Of a stretch of 64,000 nt of DNA, positions 1-9,474 are shown in pieces. How positions within the stretch are numbered: the stretch's first letter is position 1; each line of letters begins with the position of its first letter. Location of the stretch: assembly GCA_963664015.2 (NCBI GenBank), contig CAXXLF010000001.1:960001-1024000 (forward strand), in the 5' to 3' direction. This stretch comes from Candidatus Binatia bacterium. Lineage in GTDB: Bacteria; Desulfobacterota; Binatia; UBA9968; CAXXLF01. The notes under the pieces are model-generated. The model ran no database searches. It saw nothing but the letters and a program-made list of their open reading frames with translations, and was not told the DNA's origin. Both the position numbers and the translations under genes were made by a program.

Positions 1-923
1 TGTGGGTCATCCACCAGGTCCAATGGAGTAGAGACCGGCGCTGCTGGCACGTGGCGTTTTTGCGCCTCGGTAACAATCTCTATCTTGGAGAATCCCTTGG
101 ACCACATTCCCAAACGCTCGACGATCAAATCCTTTTTTGCATCACGCTCCGCCTCATCAACGAGAGAGGCGTCTGCCGATAGTACCGGGTCCTGAACCCA
201 ATCCACGAATTTACCCCACCCATCAGGTGATTGGGGAACGCTAACCATCCAGTAACCATCGGTACAGGGAAAAGCACCGGAAACCGCCGTGATGGCCCCA
301 CGATAACCAACCCGTTCCGTGACCTGCCCCCAACTGGTGTAGTCCACCATGGCCTGTTCGACGAAGGATTCTAAACATTGTCGAATGGAGACTTCGACGA
401 CCTGGCCTTGACCGGTTAGTTGCGAGCAAAACAACGCACCCGCAGCCGCCACCGAAACATAAAGGCCGGTCGCAGCGTAAACCACATGACCTCCCAACAG
501 GACCGGACGTTGGCCCGGGTGACCGGTAAGCGCTAAAAGTCCCGATCGGGCAACGGCACAGAGCTCGGGCTCGTCGTTAATAACCTTGATGAGGACCAGG
601 CGCGGGTTGGCCTCCAATATCTCACTCTCTTCCAATAGCAGGGGCGAGCTGGCAATCAGGGCATCAGCCGTACCTATAAGATCGAGCACGACTCGGCGAG
701 CCGCAGGGGCCTCCAAGTTTAGTTTCAGGCTCTGTTTCCCGGCATTAAAAAATTGGTGGTAGGCGCCCTTTTCCAGATCCGGCTTGTCGCCCAGGTAGGG
801 CCCCAGTCTCCTGAGGGAGTCACCTTGGGAAGACTCGATACGAATCACTTCATTCCCGGTCTCCGCCAAGAGCCGCGCGGCATATACCGCCGGATGGGCG
901 GCCATGTCAATAATGCGAGCCAT
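1..923 (-). CDS. Family III (CaiB/BaiF) CoA-transferase-like subunit, truncated at window edge; probably non-catalytic
   Basis: Not in the ORF track. ATG at 923 follows RBS AAGGAGG, and the frame is open to the window start. It reads MARIIDMAAHPAVYAARLLAETGNEVIRIE...FNAGKQSLKLNL..., typical of the CaiB N-terminus. Confidence 0.85.
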   Translation of the reverse strand, partial: MARIIDMAAHPAVYAARLLAETGNEVIRIESSQGDSLRRLGPYLGDKPDLEKGAYHQFFNAGKQSLKLNLEAPAARRVVLDLIGTADALIASSPLLLEESEILEANPRLVLIKVINDEPELCAVARSGLLALTGHPGQRPVLLGGHVVYAATGLYVSVAAAGALFCSQLTGQGQVVEVSIRQCLESFVEQAMVDYTSWGQVTERVGYRGAITAVSGAFPCTDGYWMVSVPQSPDGWGKFVDWVQDPVLSADASLVDEAERDAKKDLIVERLGMWSKGFSKIEIVTEAQKRHVPAAPVSTPLDLVDDP

Positions 924-993
924 CTTATCTGCACCTCCTTGGTAAGGATTCCGTGTCGATCGCTTGATTCATAGTTGATCTCCGTTCGACCCC

Positions 994-2244
994 TTACACC
1001 AGGCCGCCTTGATCTTCCAATTCCCTAACCTCGACCTCCGTAAGCCCCAACCAATCGTTCAATGCGTCTCGTGTATGCTCACCCAGGACGGGTGCCGGAC
1101 GCAGGCGCGACAATAGACTCGAACTGAAAGAAAAAGGTACTCCCGTGGTGAGAGTCGATCCACCTTGTGGGTCATCCCAAGGGTGAAAGACCTGGGCCCC
1201 GTCGGGCCCCTCCAGGACTTCGTTGATGCGTCGCATTCGCTCCGCAGGGACCCCCGCTTCTTTCAGGCACCTCTGGACTTCCTTTTTGGGCAGCCGGCTG
1301 GTCCACGACTCGATCAGCCTATCGAGTTCATCGTGGGCATCCATCCTTCCCTGCACCGTGGCAAACCGATCATCCCTCGCCCAACCAGGATTGCCGAGAG
1401 CCGAGGCGAAAGCTTGCCACTGTTCGTCGTTCTGGACACTAATGGCACACCACTCGTCGGCGCCCTCACAACGGTAAACACCCTGGGGAGCGGCGACCAT
1501 GGAACGATTACCCAACCGCGGCGCTGTACTTCCATTGACGATGCTGCTTAACAGGAGGGGACCAAACGTGGAGACGCTGCATTCGAACTGACTCAGATCT
1601 ATGTTGGTGCCCTGGCCGCTCTTCGCGCGTTGAGTCAAGGCCTGAAGGATACCGAAACAGGCATGGAGTCCGCCCATGTAGTCATTCCAGGAATTGGCGA
1701 TGGCTGTCGGCGGGTCCTTCTCCTCTCCGGTAACCATCATCAAACCCGTGTAGGCTTGAAGGTTCATATTCATACTGGTCCAGGATTTGCGCGGGCCGCT
1801 GTGTCCAAATCCGGACATACTGACGTAGATCAGCTTGGGATTCAGCGGTTGCAGATCCCCATAACCCAATTGAAGGCGATCCATAACACTGGCGCTAAAA
1901 TTCTCCACTACGATGTCAGCCATGCCCGCAAGTCGTCTGGCCAGGAGACGACCTGCCTCGGTCTTCAGATTTATGGTTATGGACCGCTTGCTCCGATTGG
2001 TGTTCAAAAAAGACGGAGCACGATCCTCACGGGTTCTGGGAGCAGCTCCTGCCGAGGTTTTCCTTGAGCCCAACCGTTCGGGCCTCGTAGCCGACTCGAC
2101 CTTGAGCACATCGGCACCCAGATCCGCCAGCAATCGAGTGCAGAATGGACCGGCAAGGACATGAGTAAAATCTAGTACACGAGTACCCGCTAGCGGCGAT
2201 CCATCTTTTTCGTTCGAGGAAGCACTTTGGCCATGGTGGTTCAT
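994..2244 (-). CDS. Family III (CaiB/BaiF) CoA-transferase
   Basis: Motifs PLAGTRVLDFTHVLAGPFC..LADLGADVLKVE, NRSKRSITINLK, ENFS, catalytic-Asp region SWNDYMGG, and APVLGEH. Confidence 0.93.
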   Translation of the reverse strand: MNHHGQSASSNEKDGSPLAGTRVLDFTHVLAGPFCTRLLADLGADVLKVESATRPERLGSRKTSAGAAPRTREDRAPSFLNTNRSKRSITINLKTEAGRLLARRLAGMADIVVENFSASVMDRLQLGYGDLQPLNPKLIYVSMSGFGHSGPRKSWTSMNMNLQAYTGLMMVTGEEKDPPTAIANSWNDYMGGLHACFGILQALTQRAKSGQGTNIDLSQFECSVSTFGPLLLSSIVNGSTAPRLGNRSMVAAPQGVYRCEGADEWCAISVQNDEQWQAFASALGNPGWARDDRFATVQGRMDAHDELDRLIESWTSRLPKKEVQRCLKEAGVPAERMRRINEVLEGPDGAQVFHPWDDPQGGSTLTTGVPFSFSSSLLSRLRPAPVLGEHTRDALNDWLGLTEVEVRELEDQGGLV

Positions 2245-2280
2245 AACGATAATCTTTTAGAAAGAAAATTCGCTGTGCTT

Positions 2281-3645
2281 TCAATCATTTACAACCTCCA
2301 TGGCCTGCATAATGAGGCGTTGCCAGTGACGGTAAAAAGCTCGCTCGCTGTCTTCGTTCAATCCCCCGTCCACCAGATCCCTTAGCGCTGGAACGGGTCG
2401 GTTTTTTGGGGAATCACCCAAACCCTTGCCGTATTGAAGCATCAACCGCTTCGCTATGGGACCCTGGAGCGAATGAGTGATTCCGGCCCAGTTTTCCATG
2501 TCATCTTGTTCAAACATCCCTCCCATGCCGAAAACACGCAGGTAAGATTCCCGTGAAGCCTGCTTCCACTCTTCCGATGCGTTCTTATCGACAAAATTCC
2601 ATGACCAGATTTCCATTCGATCCGCACCTTTAGGCTGCCACAGCCTCAAGGTCAGAAAAGATATCGCACCCTCCCCGGATTTTCCTCCGCCCCATTCCTC
2701 CGAGGTATGCTGGCCGCTGTTAAGGAAACTCATATTGGGAAAGACATTGCCGACAACGAACAAGAGCGGTTCGAGCATCTTCGACTGCTCTTCTGTGAGG
2801 CGGCTGTGGATTTCCGGGTACAAAGTCTCGGGTAATCCCAGGTTAAATTTGCCCTTAAAACTCGAGAGCGAAGAGGCATGGCCATTGTCGGTAATCAACC
2901 TATGATTGGTGCGTTCCCCTAGCATTTTGTCTTCCAAACCAAGGGCGGACCGAAAGCCATGAGTCGTAGCGAGATGGACGCCATCGCCGGAGAAATTGGC
3001 CGCCCCCAACTTCCAATTAGCATCAACCTCCCACCTCATTGGAGCACCCATGACTTCCATCTCTGCCGTTCTCCCGAACAGGATATCCAGGACCCACTTC
3101 ATCTCCCCCAGATAATCACCCAAGGGCTCGGCCTGAGCATCCCAATTGGCGAATATGAGACCATGATAACTGTCAACTCTGGCGGCCTGGTGAAGCCCCA
3201 GCTTGCTCATGTCCAATTTTCCGTTATAGCCCTCGAAAAAGGGGACCGCAATTAGCTCCCCACTGCTGTTGTAGGTCCAACCGTGGTACGAACAGCGGAA
3301 TTTGGCGGCCATGCCGCTGTCCAAAGGACAAACCCTCATACCCCGGTGACGACAGACATTTAAAAACACCCTGACCTTGCCATCCTGACCACGGCACACG
3401 ATGACCGGATCATCACCCATGAAGCGAGTTACAAAGTTCCCCGCCTGAGGCAACTCGGATTCATGGGCCACGTAAAGCCAGCACCGGGTAAAGATCCGCT
3501 CCATCTCCAAACGGTTGATTTCCGGGTTCGTAAAAACCTGTGAGCTGATCATTCCAGTGTCGACCCTAACGAGATCGCTCAAGAAACGCGCCTCGGCTTG
3601 ATCCATTTTCGATTCAGAAGGTGTGACGTTTTTTTTCATCGACAT
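2281..3645 (-). CDS. Aromatic ring-hydroxylating dioxygenase alpha subunit (Rieske, alpha/beta type), paralog A2
   Basis: Rieske motif CRHRG...CSYHGW; mononuclear Fe motif NFSGDGVHLATTH and EQDD. Start chosen at ATG 3645 after GGTGAGGG. Confidence 0.93.
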   Translation of the reverse strand: MSMKKNVTPSESKMDQAEARFLSDLVRVDTGMISSQVFTNPEINRLEMERIFTRCWLYVAHESELPQAGNFVTRFMGDDPVIVCRGQDGKVRVFLNVCRHRGMRVCPLDSGMAAKFRCSYHGWTYNSSGELIAVPFFEGYNGKLDMSKLGLHQAARVDSYHGLIFANWDAQAEPLGDYLGEMKWVLDILFGRTAEMEVMGAPMRWEVDANWKLGAANFSGDGVHLATTHGFRSALGLEDKMLGERTNHRLITDNGHASSLSSFKGKFNLGLPETLYPEIHSRLTEEQSKMLEPLLFVVGNVFPNMSFLNSGQHTSEEWGGGKSGEGAISFLTLRLWQPKGADRMEIWSWNFVDKNASEEWKQASRESYLRVFGMGGMFEQDDMENWAGITHSLQGPIAKRLMLQYGKGLGDSPKNRPVPALRDLVDGGLNEDSERAFYRHWQRLIMQAMEVVND

Positions 3646-3746
3646 TTTTCCCTCACCAGGCAATCGGTTTTATCAAAAAAAGCAAACCCCATGGGTTCCC
3701 TTTTGCGTCAGCCCCTCATTCACAAAATCACCAGGAACCCAACCCA

Positions 3747-4517
3747 CTATTGGGAGCAGCCGTTACAATAGGACGTGTAGAGGGCGTCGGGCCAGGAAAA
3801 GCCCTGGGGCCCTTGTTGGGTTCCTCCCATGGCCCGATCCACTTGCAACTTCATCCCACCATAGTCCTCTGCCGTGACCAGATTCAATCTATACAGCTTT
3901 GCCAATAACATGGCCCCCTCGGGTCCGTGCTCTTCCAGGTCCGCCACTACATGGAGATCAAAGTACTCGAGCAAGTCGTCCGGAACACCGTACTTGTCAT
4001 GTAAAATTTCTCGGTAGGACTTCATATAATAGCCCACAAAACCTTCAAGCATCCACCGGACAGCCGTCTGAGCCGGGCTCTGAGAACGGTAAAGCAGGCT
4101 CGTATTCAACCGAGCCTCCAACTCGGGGATGGGCTTTGAATAAAAAAGCTCCTCATCCTTCAGACCGAGATAATGTGCAAATTTTAGATACGTCCGACCG
4201 TGGCCACCCGGTCTAGGGTCAGATAACTCGGAGCCGATCTTTGCCGCTACAATGTCGTAGAGGTCCGGGTTCCGGCGCCACAAATCCATGTAACTCACCA
4301 GCGTCCAGGTCACATTGATGTTCGTCGCCTGAATAAAGATGTAATACTGTTTCGCGTACTCCTTTAGAAACTCAATGGAGACTTTTCCCCGGGAAAAATC
4401 ATCGTGAAACAGCCCCCGACCCCGGCCCGTTTTAAACGGATGATCCCTGGTCCTGTCATCAAACCAGATTTGAAAAGACTCAAAGGTGGGGAATACCGTG
4501 CGTTGATCAGCCTCCAT
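3747..4517 (-). CDS. Heme-oxygenase-like diiron (HDO; TenA/PqqC/CADD fold) protein HDO1
   Basis: Ligand pattern SELSDPRPGGH (E..H), WMLE (E), HVVADLEEH (H..D..H), plus an N-terminal HPF motif. Confidence 0.75.
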   Translation of the reverse strand: MEADQRTVFPTFESFQIWFDDRTRDHPFKTGRGRGLFHDDFSRGKVSIEFLKEYAKQYYIFIQATNINVTWTLVSYMDLWRRNPDLYDIVAAKIGSELSDPRPGGHGRTYLKFAHYLGLKDEELFYSKPIPELEARLNTSLLYRSQSPAQTAVRWMLEGFVGYYMKSYREILHDKYGVPDDLLEYFDLHVVADLEEHGPEGAMLLAKLYRLNLVTAEDYGGMKLQVDRAMGGTQQGPQGFSWPDALYTSYCNGCSQ

Positions 4518-4665
4518 CAATTAATGGCCTCGACACAACCGCCAGTGGGAATTTTCTGGTCTATCAAAAATGCAAACATGTGCAAGTATGGGAATTTGGC
4601 ATTTCACTCGGACGTCGCCCTCAACGAACTAGCATCCTGGTTTTGCTGTTAAAGGTTCCCACAAA

Positions 4666-5202
4666 TCAGAAAAAGATGCTCAGATTTCTCGACCCAACGA
4701 CAACCTGGTCCAATAGTATCGTCCTTGATGCCAACCGCCACTGATCCTGGACCCTGCGCATCAGATCCTTCCTCTCACCGGACAATATATCGGCACCCGA
4801 CGAATTGGTACGGTTGCGATAGACAAGAAAGTAGCTCATCACTTCAAGCTCCAGCGGGTTGGGAGTCGAATGCACACGCACATTCGTAATCAGATGGCGG
4901 GTCCTGGAAGGTGGACTCTCGGCCCAGGCAAAGTCCGTACCCAACCGTTTGATTCGCGTCTGGAGTGACGCCAGGTTTTCGGAAAATATTTCTGTCTTTT
5001 CAGTATAGTCTGGTTTCAAGGAGCGGCCGCGGTTTACACGGACCGGCATCCGGTAGTGAATATCCTCCGTCATCATCTCCAACCACTCTGAGAAACGCCC
5101 ATGGTCTAAAAATTCCGCCTCTTGCAGAAGAAATTCCAGGATCTCGGCGTATCGGGGATCGCCTGGACTAACGTTTTTTCCGTTTTCGGCCATTTGAGTC
5201 AT
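4666..5202 (-). CDS. Aromatic ring-hydroxylating dioxygenase beta subunit
   Basis: Motifs EFLLQEAEFLD..W, YRMPVR, AWAESPPSRTRHLITNV, GERKD, and C-terminal NLSIFF. Confidence 0.95.
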   Translation of the reverse strand: MTQMAENGKNVSPGDPRYAEILEFLLQEAEFLDHGRFSEWLEMMTEDIHYRMPVRVNRGRSLKPDYTEKTEIFSENLASLQTRIKRLGTDFAWAESPPSRTRHLITNVRVHSTPNPLELEVMSYFLVYRNRTNSSGADILSGERKDLMRRVQDQWRLASRTILLDQVVVGSRNLSIFF

Positions 5203-6517
5203 GTCCCGTTCGCGTCATGAGTTTTTGCCAATAACTATAAAACGCACGTTCGCTGTCTTCACTTAAGGCTCCATCTCTCACGTCCTTGAGGGACGGAATC
5301 GGACGTCCCTTGTGGGGCCGCCCCAACCCCATCTTGTATTGGAGCCAAAGCCGATTTGCAATGGGGCCCTGTAAGGCATCTGTGATATCGGCCCAGTTCT
5401 CCATGTCGTCCTGCTCGAACATCCCACCCATACCAAAGACGCGCAGGTAAGATTCTCTGGAATCTTCTTTCCATTTCGGTGAAGCATTCTTATCCACTAA
5501 GCACCACGACCACACCTCCATTTTACCCGCACCCTTAGGCTGCCACTGGCGTAGCGTCACGAAAGAGACCAACCCGCTCCCACTCCCCCCCCATTCCTCC
5601 GACGTATGCTGGGCACTGCTTAAAAAGCTCAAATTAGGGAAGATATTGCCTACGATAATGAGGAGAGGTTCCATAACCTTGCATTGCTCATCCGTGAGGT
5701 TGGACCGCATCTCCGCCTGCAGGTCCTCAGGAAGCCCCATGCAGTAGTTCCCCTTGAACCCCGAGAGCGCGGAGGCGTGTCCCCGGTTCGTCGTTAACCT
5801 ATAGCTGACACGTTCGCCTTTCAGCTTGTCCGCCAAACCGAGAGCTCCGCGAAATCCGTGGGTGGTAAAGATATGGGTTCCATCCCCGGCAAAATTGGCC
5901 GCTGCGAGCTTCCAATTAGCATCCGCCTCCCATCGCATCGGAGCACCCACAACTTCCATTCCCTCCGTGCGTCCGAACAACAGGTCCAACACCCACCGGG
6001 CCTCGCCCAGGTAGTCCCCCAACGACTCTGCCTTGGCGTCCCAATTGGCAAAAATGAGCCCGTGAAAGATCTCCAACTGGGGTGTCTCGTAAAGGCCCAA
6101 TAGGTCCTTGTCCAATTGACCTTGATAGCCTTCAAAAAAAGGGACCGAAATCAACTCCCCGTTGTTTCCGTAGGTCCAACCGTGATACGGGCACTTAAAA
6201 TGGGCCGCCTTGCCCATATCCTCGGAACAGACCCTCCTGCCCCGGTGACGGCAGACATTCAAAAATACCCGCACCTTGCCGTCCTGCCCCCGCCACACAA
6301 CCACCGGATCATCCCCCATCGTACGAGTGACAAAATCGCCGGGATTAGGGATCTCAGACTCATGGGCCACGTAGAGCCATGTGCGAGTAAAGATCCGCTC
6401 CATCTCCAAGCGGTTGGTCTCCGGATCGGTAAAAATGCGAGGATTCACGACCCCTTCCTGCGCCCGGAATAAATCCGCATGGGACCCGACTACTTTCTTA
6501 ACCGATTTGTATTTCAT
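5168..6517 (-). CDS. Aromatic ring-hydroxylating dioxygenase alpha subunit, paralog A1
   Basis: Motifs CRHRG...CPYHGW, NFAGDGTHIFTTH and EQDDMENW. Overlaps the beta gene start by 35 nt. Confidence 0.94.
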   Translation of the reverse strand: MKYKSVKKVVGSHADLFRAQEGVVNPRIFTDPETNRLEMERIFTRTWLYVAHESEIPNPGDFVTRTMGDDPVVVWRGQDGKVRVFLNVCRHRGRRVCSEDMGKAAHFKCPYHGWTYGNNGELISVPFFEGYQGQLDKDLLGLYETPQLEIFHGLIFANWDAKAESLGDYLGEARWVLDLLFGRTEGMEVVGAPMRWEADANWKLAAANFAGDGTHIFTTHGFRGALGLADKLKGERVSYRLTTNRGHASALSGFKGNYCMGLPEDLQAEMRSNLTDEQCKVMEPLLIIVGNIFPNLSFLSSAQHTSEEWGGSGSGLVSFVTLRQWQPKGAGKMEVWSWCLVDKNASPKWKEDSRESYLRVFGMGGMFEQDDMENWADITDALQGPIANRLWLQYKMGLGRPHKGRPIPSLKDVRDGALSEDSERAFYSYWQKLMTRTGHDSNGRKRKKR

Positions 6518-6804
6518 CGCAACTCTTACCTGGGAAGGTTTGATAGGCTTTTTTTCTGCCTTCTTTTACCTAGTATCCCCAATACCTGACTCAAAATACG
6601 GTATGATTTTCCAAAAAGACCGGCAAATTCAATCTTTCGGTAAGTCACCGGCGGCATTAGACAATCGACTCACTTTTTTCGGAGTTCTTACTCGTAATCG
6701 TGTCTGATCGCGGCGTGGGGAACACTCCAAGGTTGAGGTCGGCCGAACTTTCGTTCGCACCTGACGCTTAGGACAAACCGGTCGGCTTCCCATCCTCAAA
6801 CCAA

Positions 6805-8226
6805 TTAGAAACGGAACCCGTATTCAGCCCAGCGACGGTTGACCAAATCCAGGTGTTCTTTATTGGGATCAGCGGAGGCGGGAAAATCTTCCTTCTCCAG
6901 GCTATACTCGAACTCGGGCCGAGTTGCGTCGATCCCCATCTTGTCCGAATGCAAGGCCTGGGATGGGGGTGTCGAAGGATCCAGGGCAATACCCCTTCCC
7001 TGACGAAGAATCTCAACGTCGCGCCCTGCCTGAACTCGAGTGGCTTGAGCCCATTCGACCTTCTGAGGATTCCAGGGGTCGACATCGTCATCCACCACAA
7101 TGCAAAGTTTGACCGACAGGGTAGGCATGCCCCAGACCAGGCTGAAGATGTCGCGCACTTGCCCCGGGTAGCTCTTCTTGATGCTCACGACGGCATGAAA
7201 CGTGCCGCAACCGCCTTCCGTCACGCACGCGTCCACGACACCGGGGATCCCGGCTTTCTCCAGGAACTGTTTCAAGCCCATGGATCCGCCCATGGCCCGT
7301 ACCGTCGTACTCTCGTTCGGCGAGCGTCCTTCATAAGTCCCCTGGAACAGAGGCTGCTCACGATGAGTCACCATCTTAACGACAATATAATTTTTGCGTG
7401 ACCGTGAAGTGCCCATGTACCCGGCAAATTCACCGAAGGGACCATCTGACGCACCGTACGCCTTATCGGTGGGCATCTCCCCCTCGATAATGATCTCCGC
7501 CCGAGCCGGGACCAGTAGATCGCTGGTCTTGGCCTTAATGACATCAATGGGTGCCCGTTTGAGGCCACCGGCGACGGAGTAATCCCCCAGCCCCGGCGGG
7601 ACGGCGCTCACGGTGATCAATGCAAGATAAGGATCCAAACCGATGGCAATAGCGATCGGCATGGGTTTCCCCATGGCCTTCCATTTGTTCCAGTGCTGCC
7701 AGAGGTGGCGCCGCGGGGACGAACTGCAGCCGAGAATATTGGGTTCGAAGATGGCGCTTCGATAAGTCCCCATATTGATCCAACCGAACTCGGGGTCCTG
7801 GGTAATGACCGTATGATAGGTCCCCAGCATGTATTTCCCATCCAGGTGATGCCAACGGGGAACCGGGAAAGGGTCCTTGAACAGATCGATATTGTCGATC
7901 ACCACCTCGTGGCAAGGAGCCTCGTGAACTTCCCGCGGCTGAACGGGACAGGCATAGGCTTGGGCCCAACGGTCCCCAATTGCCGAAATATTCGGCTCGA
8001 CCCCAAGGGCCTGCGCGTAGCGTTTACGTGTCCCCAAAACGCCGGTCACCAGAGGGGTTGAGAAGCTGCCCACTCGTTCGAAGATCAAGGCTGGGCCGTT
8101 GCGGTCCGACACCTCACGGCATATGGCCCCAACTTCCCATTCACGGTCGACGGGGACGGTGATGCGATGCAGCTCGCCCTCTTGCTCAAGCGCTGTTGTA
8201 AATTCTCTCAAGTCATTGAAGGCCAT
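6805..8226 (-). CDS. UbiD-family prFMN-dependent (de)carboxylase 1
   Basis: Motifs MAFNDLREF, NMGTYR, AEIIIEG, DGPFGEFAGY, VVDDDVDP and KMGIDAT. Confidence 0.92.
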   Translation of the reverse strand: MAFNDLREFTTALEQEGELHRITVPVDREWEVGAICREVSDRNGPALIFERVGSFSTPLVTGVLGTRKRYAQALGVEPNISAIGDRWAQAYACPVQPREVHEAPCHEVVIDNIDLFKDPFPVPRWHHLDGKYMLGTYHTVITQDPEFGWINMGTYRSAIFEPNILGCSSSPRRHLWQHWNKWKAMGKPMPIAIAIGLDPYLALITVSAVPPGLGDYSVAGGLKRAPIDVIKAKTSDLLVPARAEIIIEGEMPTDKAYGASDGPFGEFAGYMGTSRSRKNYIVVKMVTHREQPLFQGTYEGRSPNESTTVRAMGGSMGLKQFLEKAGIPGVVDACVTEGGCGTFHAVVSIKKSYPGQVRDIFSLVWGMPTLSVKLCIVVDDDVDPWNPQKVEWAQATRVQAGRDVEILRQGRGIALDPSTPPSQALHSDKMGIDATRPEFEYSLEKEDFPASADPNKEHLDLVNRRWAEYGFRF

Positions 8227-8259
8227 TTTTTTGATCTCCTAGGGTCATCATCCCAAGAA

Positions 8260-9396
8260 CTAACCCTGGACGACGCTCCCTGGTAACGCCACAGGGGACA
8301 TCTGGCATGCAACGCCTGCCTCTCCCAGTGCCTCGATGAAATCTCGACGAATTTGAGGATCTTCATTTTCATAATCGATCATCGCGCCCCCTTTCTTGAT
8401 ACTGAGAACCGTAGCCCTCGTGTTGTCACGGCCGCGAAGCCCGATCCGATATTTGGCACCTCCGGTGCGAAAAGCAATGTGGCGGGCGGGTTCCCCTCCG
8501 GTATTGAAGTGTTGATGAAACCAACCATCGCCGGGACTGTAGACGGCTCCGTCACCCCAGTTGATTCGGAGCACTCGATCGCCATAGCCATCCTTGAACG
8601 GAGTGGTCCCAAACTCCTTCGGCCACATTAATACGTATCCCTTGGATCTCAAACCGAGGAGGATCGCGCCCGGCCCGTGATAGTGGGCCTTGTGATACAT
8701 CCCCACCGGCCATTGGGAGATATGCCCGGTTAGAATATTTTCCGAAATTTCGAAGCCCATGATGCTCACTCTTTCACCCTTGGGACGCTCCCGGGGATCC
8801 ACGAAGGCGTTTCTCAAATCTGGAATGAAGTTGGTCTCCCAGACCACATGTTCTCCTGCGGCCCGTTCCACCCGCTCCCCAACCTTGAAGTAATCCGACT
8901 CCCCGTTGTAACGATCCGTAAAGACAAAGCTGTCTCCAAAGACGAACTCCGGATTGTGAAAAAGATCCATAACAATGGGGGCGTTGGTTACTCCAAGGAA
9001 AATGACCGGCTCTTTGCCCACGTTGTACAGGCGATGCCATGCATTTAAAGGCGGGGCAAAGAAGCTGCCTTCGCCCCATTCGAAGCTCTTTTGGGGTTGC
9101 CCTTCCTGCCAGATCTGAGTCGCTCCCTGGCCATTTAGGATATAAATTAGCTCTTCATAGAGGTGTTTCTCAGGATTGAGAGCAGCTCCGGGCGGGATTT
9201 CTCCCACGTACATCCCGGTGAAACCGCTTTCCCTTACCCCATTGAGATAAAGAAAGGCCCCTTTTCCCCCGGTCCGGGCCCACTCCCTACGGTCGACCTT
9301 TCGGACGTCTTCGATACCCCCTTCCGCCTCTACGATGGGTATCCCCTCTCCCTTCATCCACTCCTCGTAGGACGTGGCCTCCGGGACTTTGCTCAT
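8260..9396 (-). CDS. Bicupin protein (gentisate-dioxygenase-like architecture), function unknown
   Basis: Two cupin domains: PEKHLYEELIYILNGQG...NAWH and HKAHYHGPG...WFHQHFN. The start could be 9414 or 9450. Confidence 0.8.
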   Translation of the reverse strand: MSKVPEATSYEEWMKGEGIPIVEAEGGIEDVRKVDRREWARTGGKGAFLYLNGVRESGFTGMYVGEIPPGAALNPEKHLYEELIYILNGQGATQIWQEGQPQKSFEWGEGSFFAPPLNAWHRLYNVGKEPVIFLGVTNAPIVMDLFHNPEFVFGDSFVFTDRYNGESDYFKVGERVERAAGEHVVWETNFIPDLRNAFVDPRERPKGERVSIMGFEISENILTGHISQWPVGMYHKAHYHGPGAILLGLRSKGYVLMWPKEFGTTPFKDGYGDRVLRINWGDGAVYSPGDGWFHQHFNTGGEPARHIAFRTGGAKYRIGLRGRDNTRATVLSIKKGGAMIDYENEDPQIRRDFIEALGEAGVACQMSPVALPGSVVQG

Positions 9397-9474
9397 ACTA
9401 ACTGGCCTCTTCATCAAAAACTCTGTTTCAGCTCTGGACCTCCGAACCAATGATCGTCAAATGGTCACTCCTAC

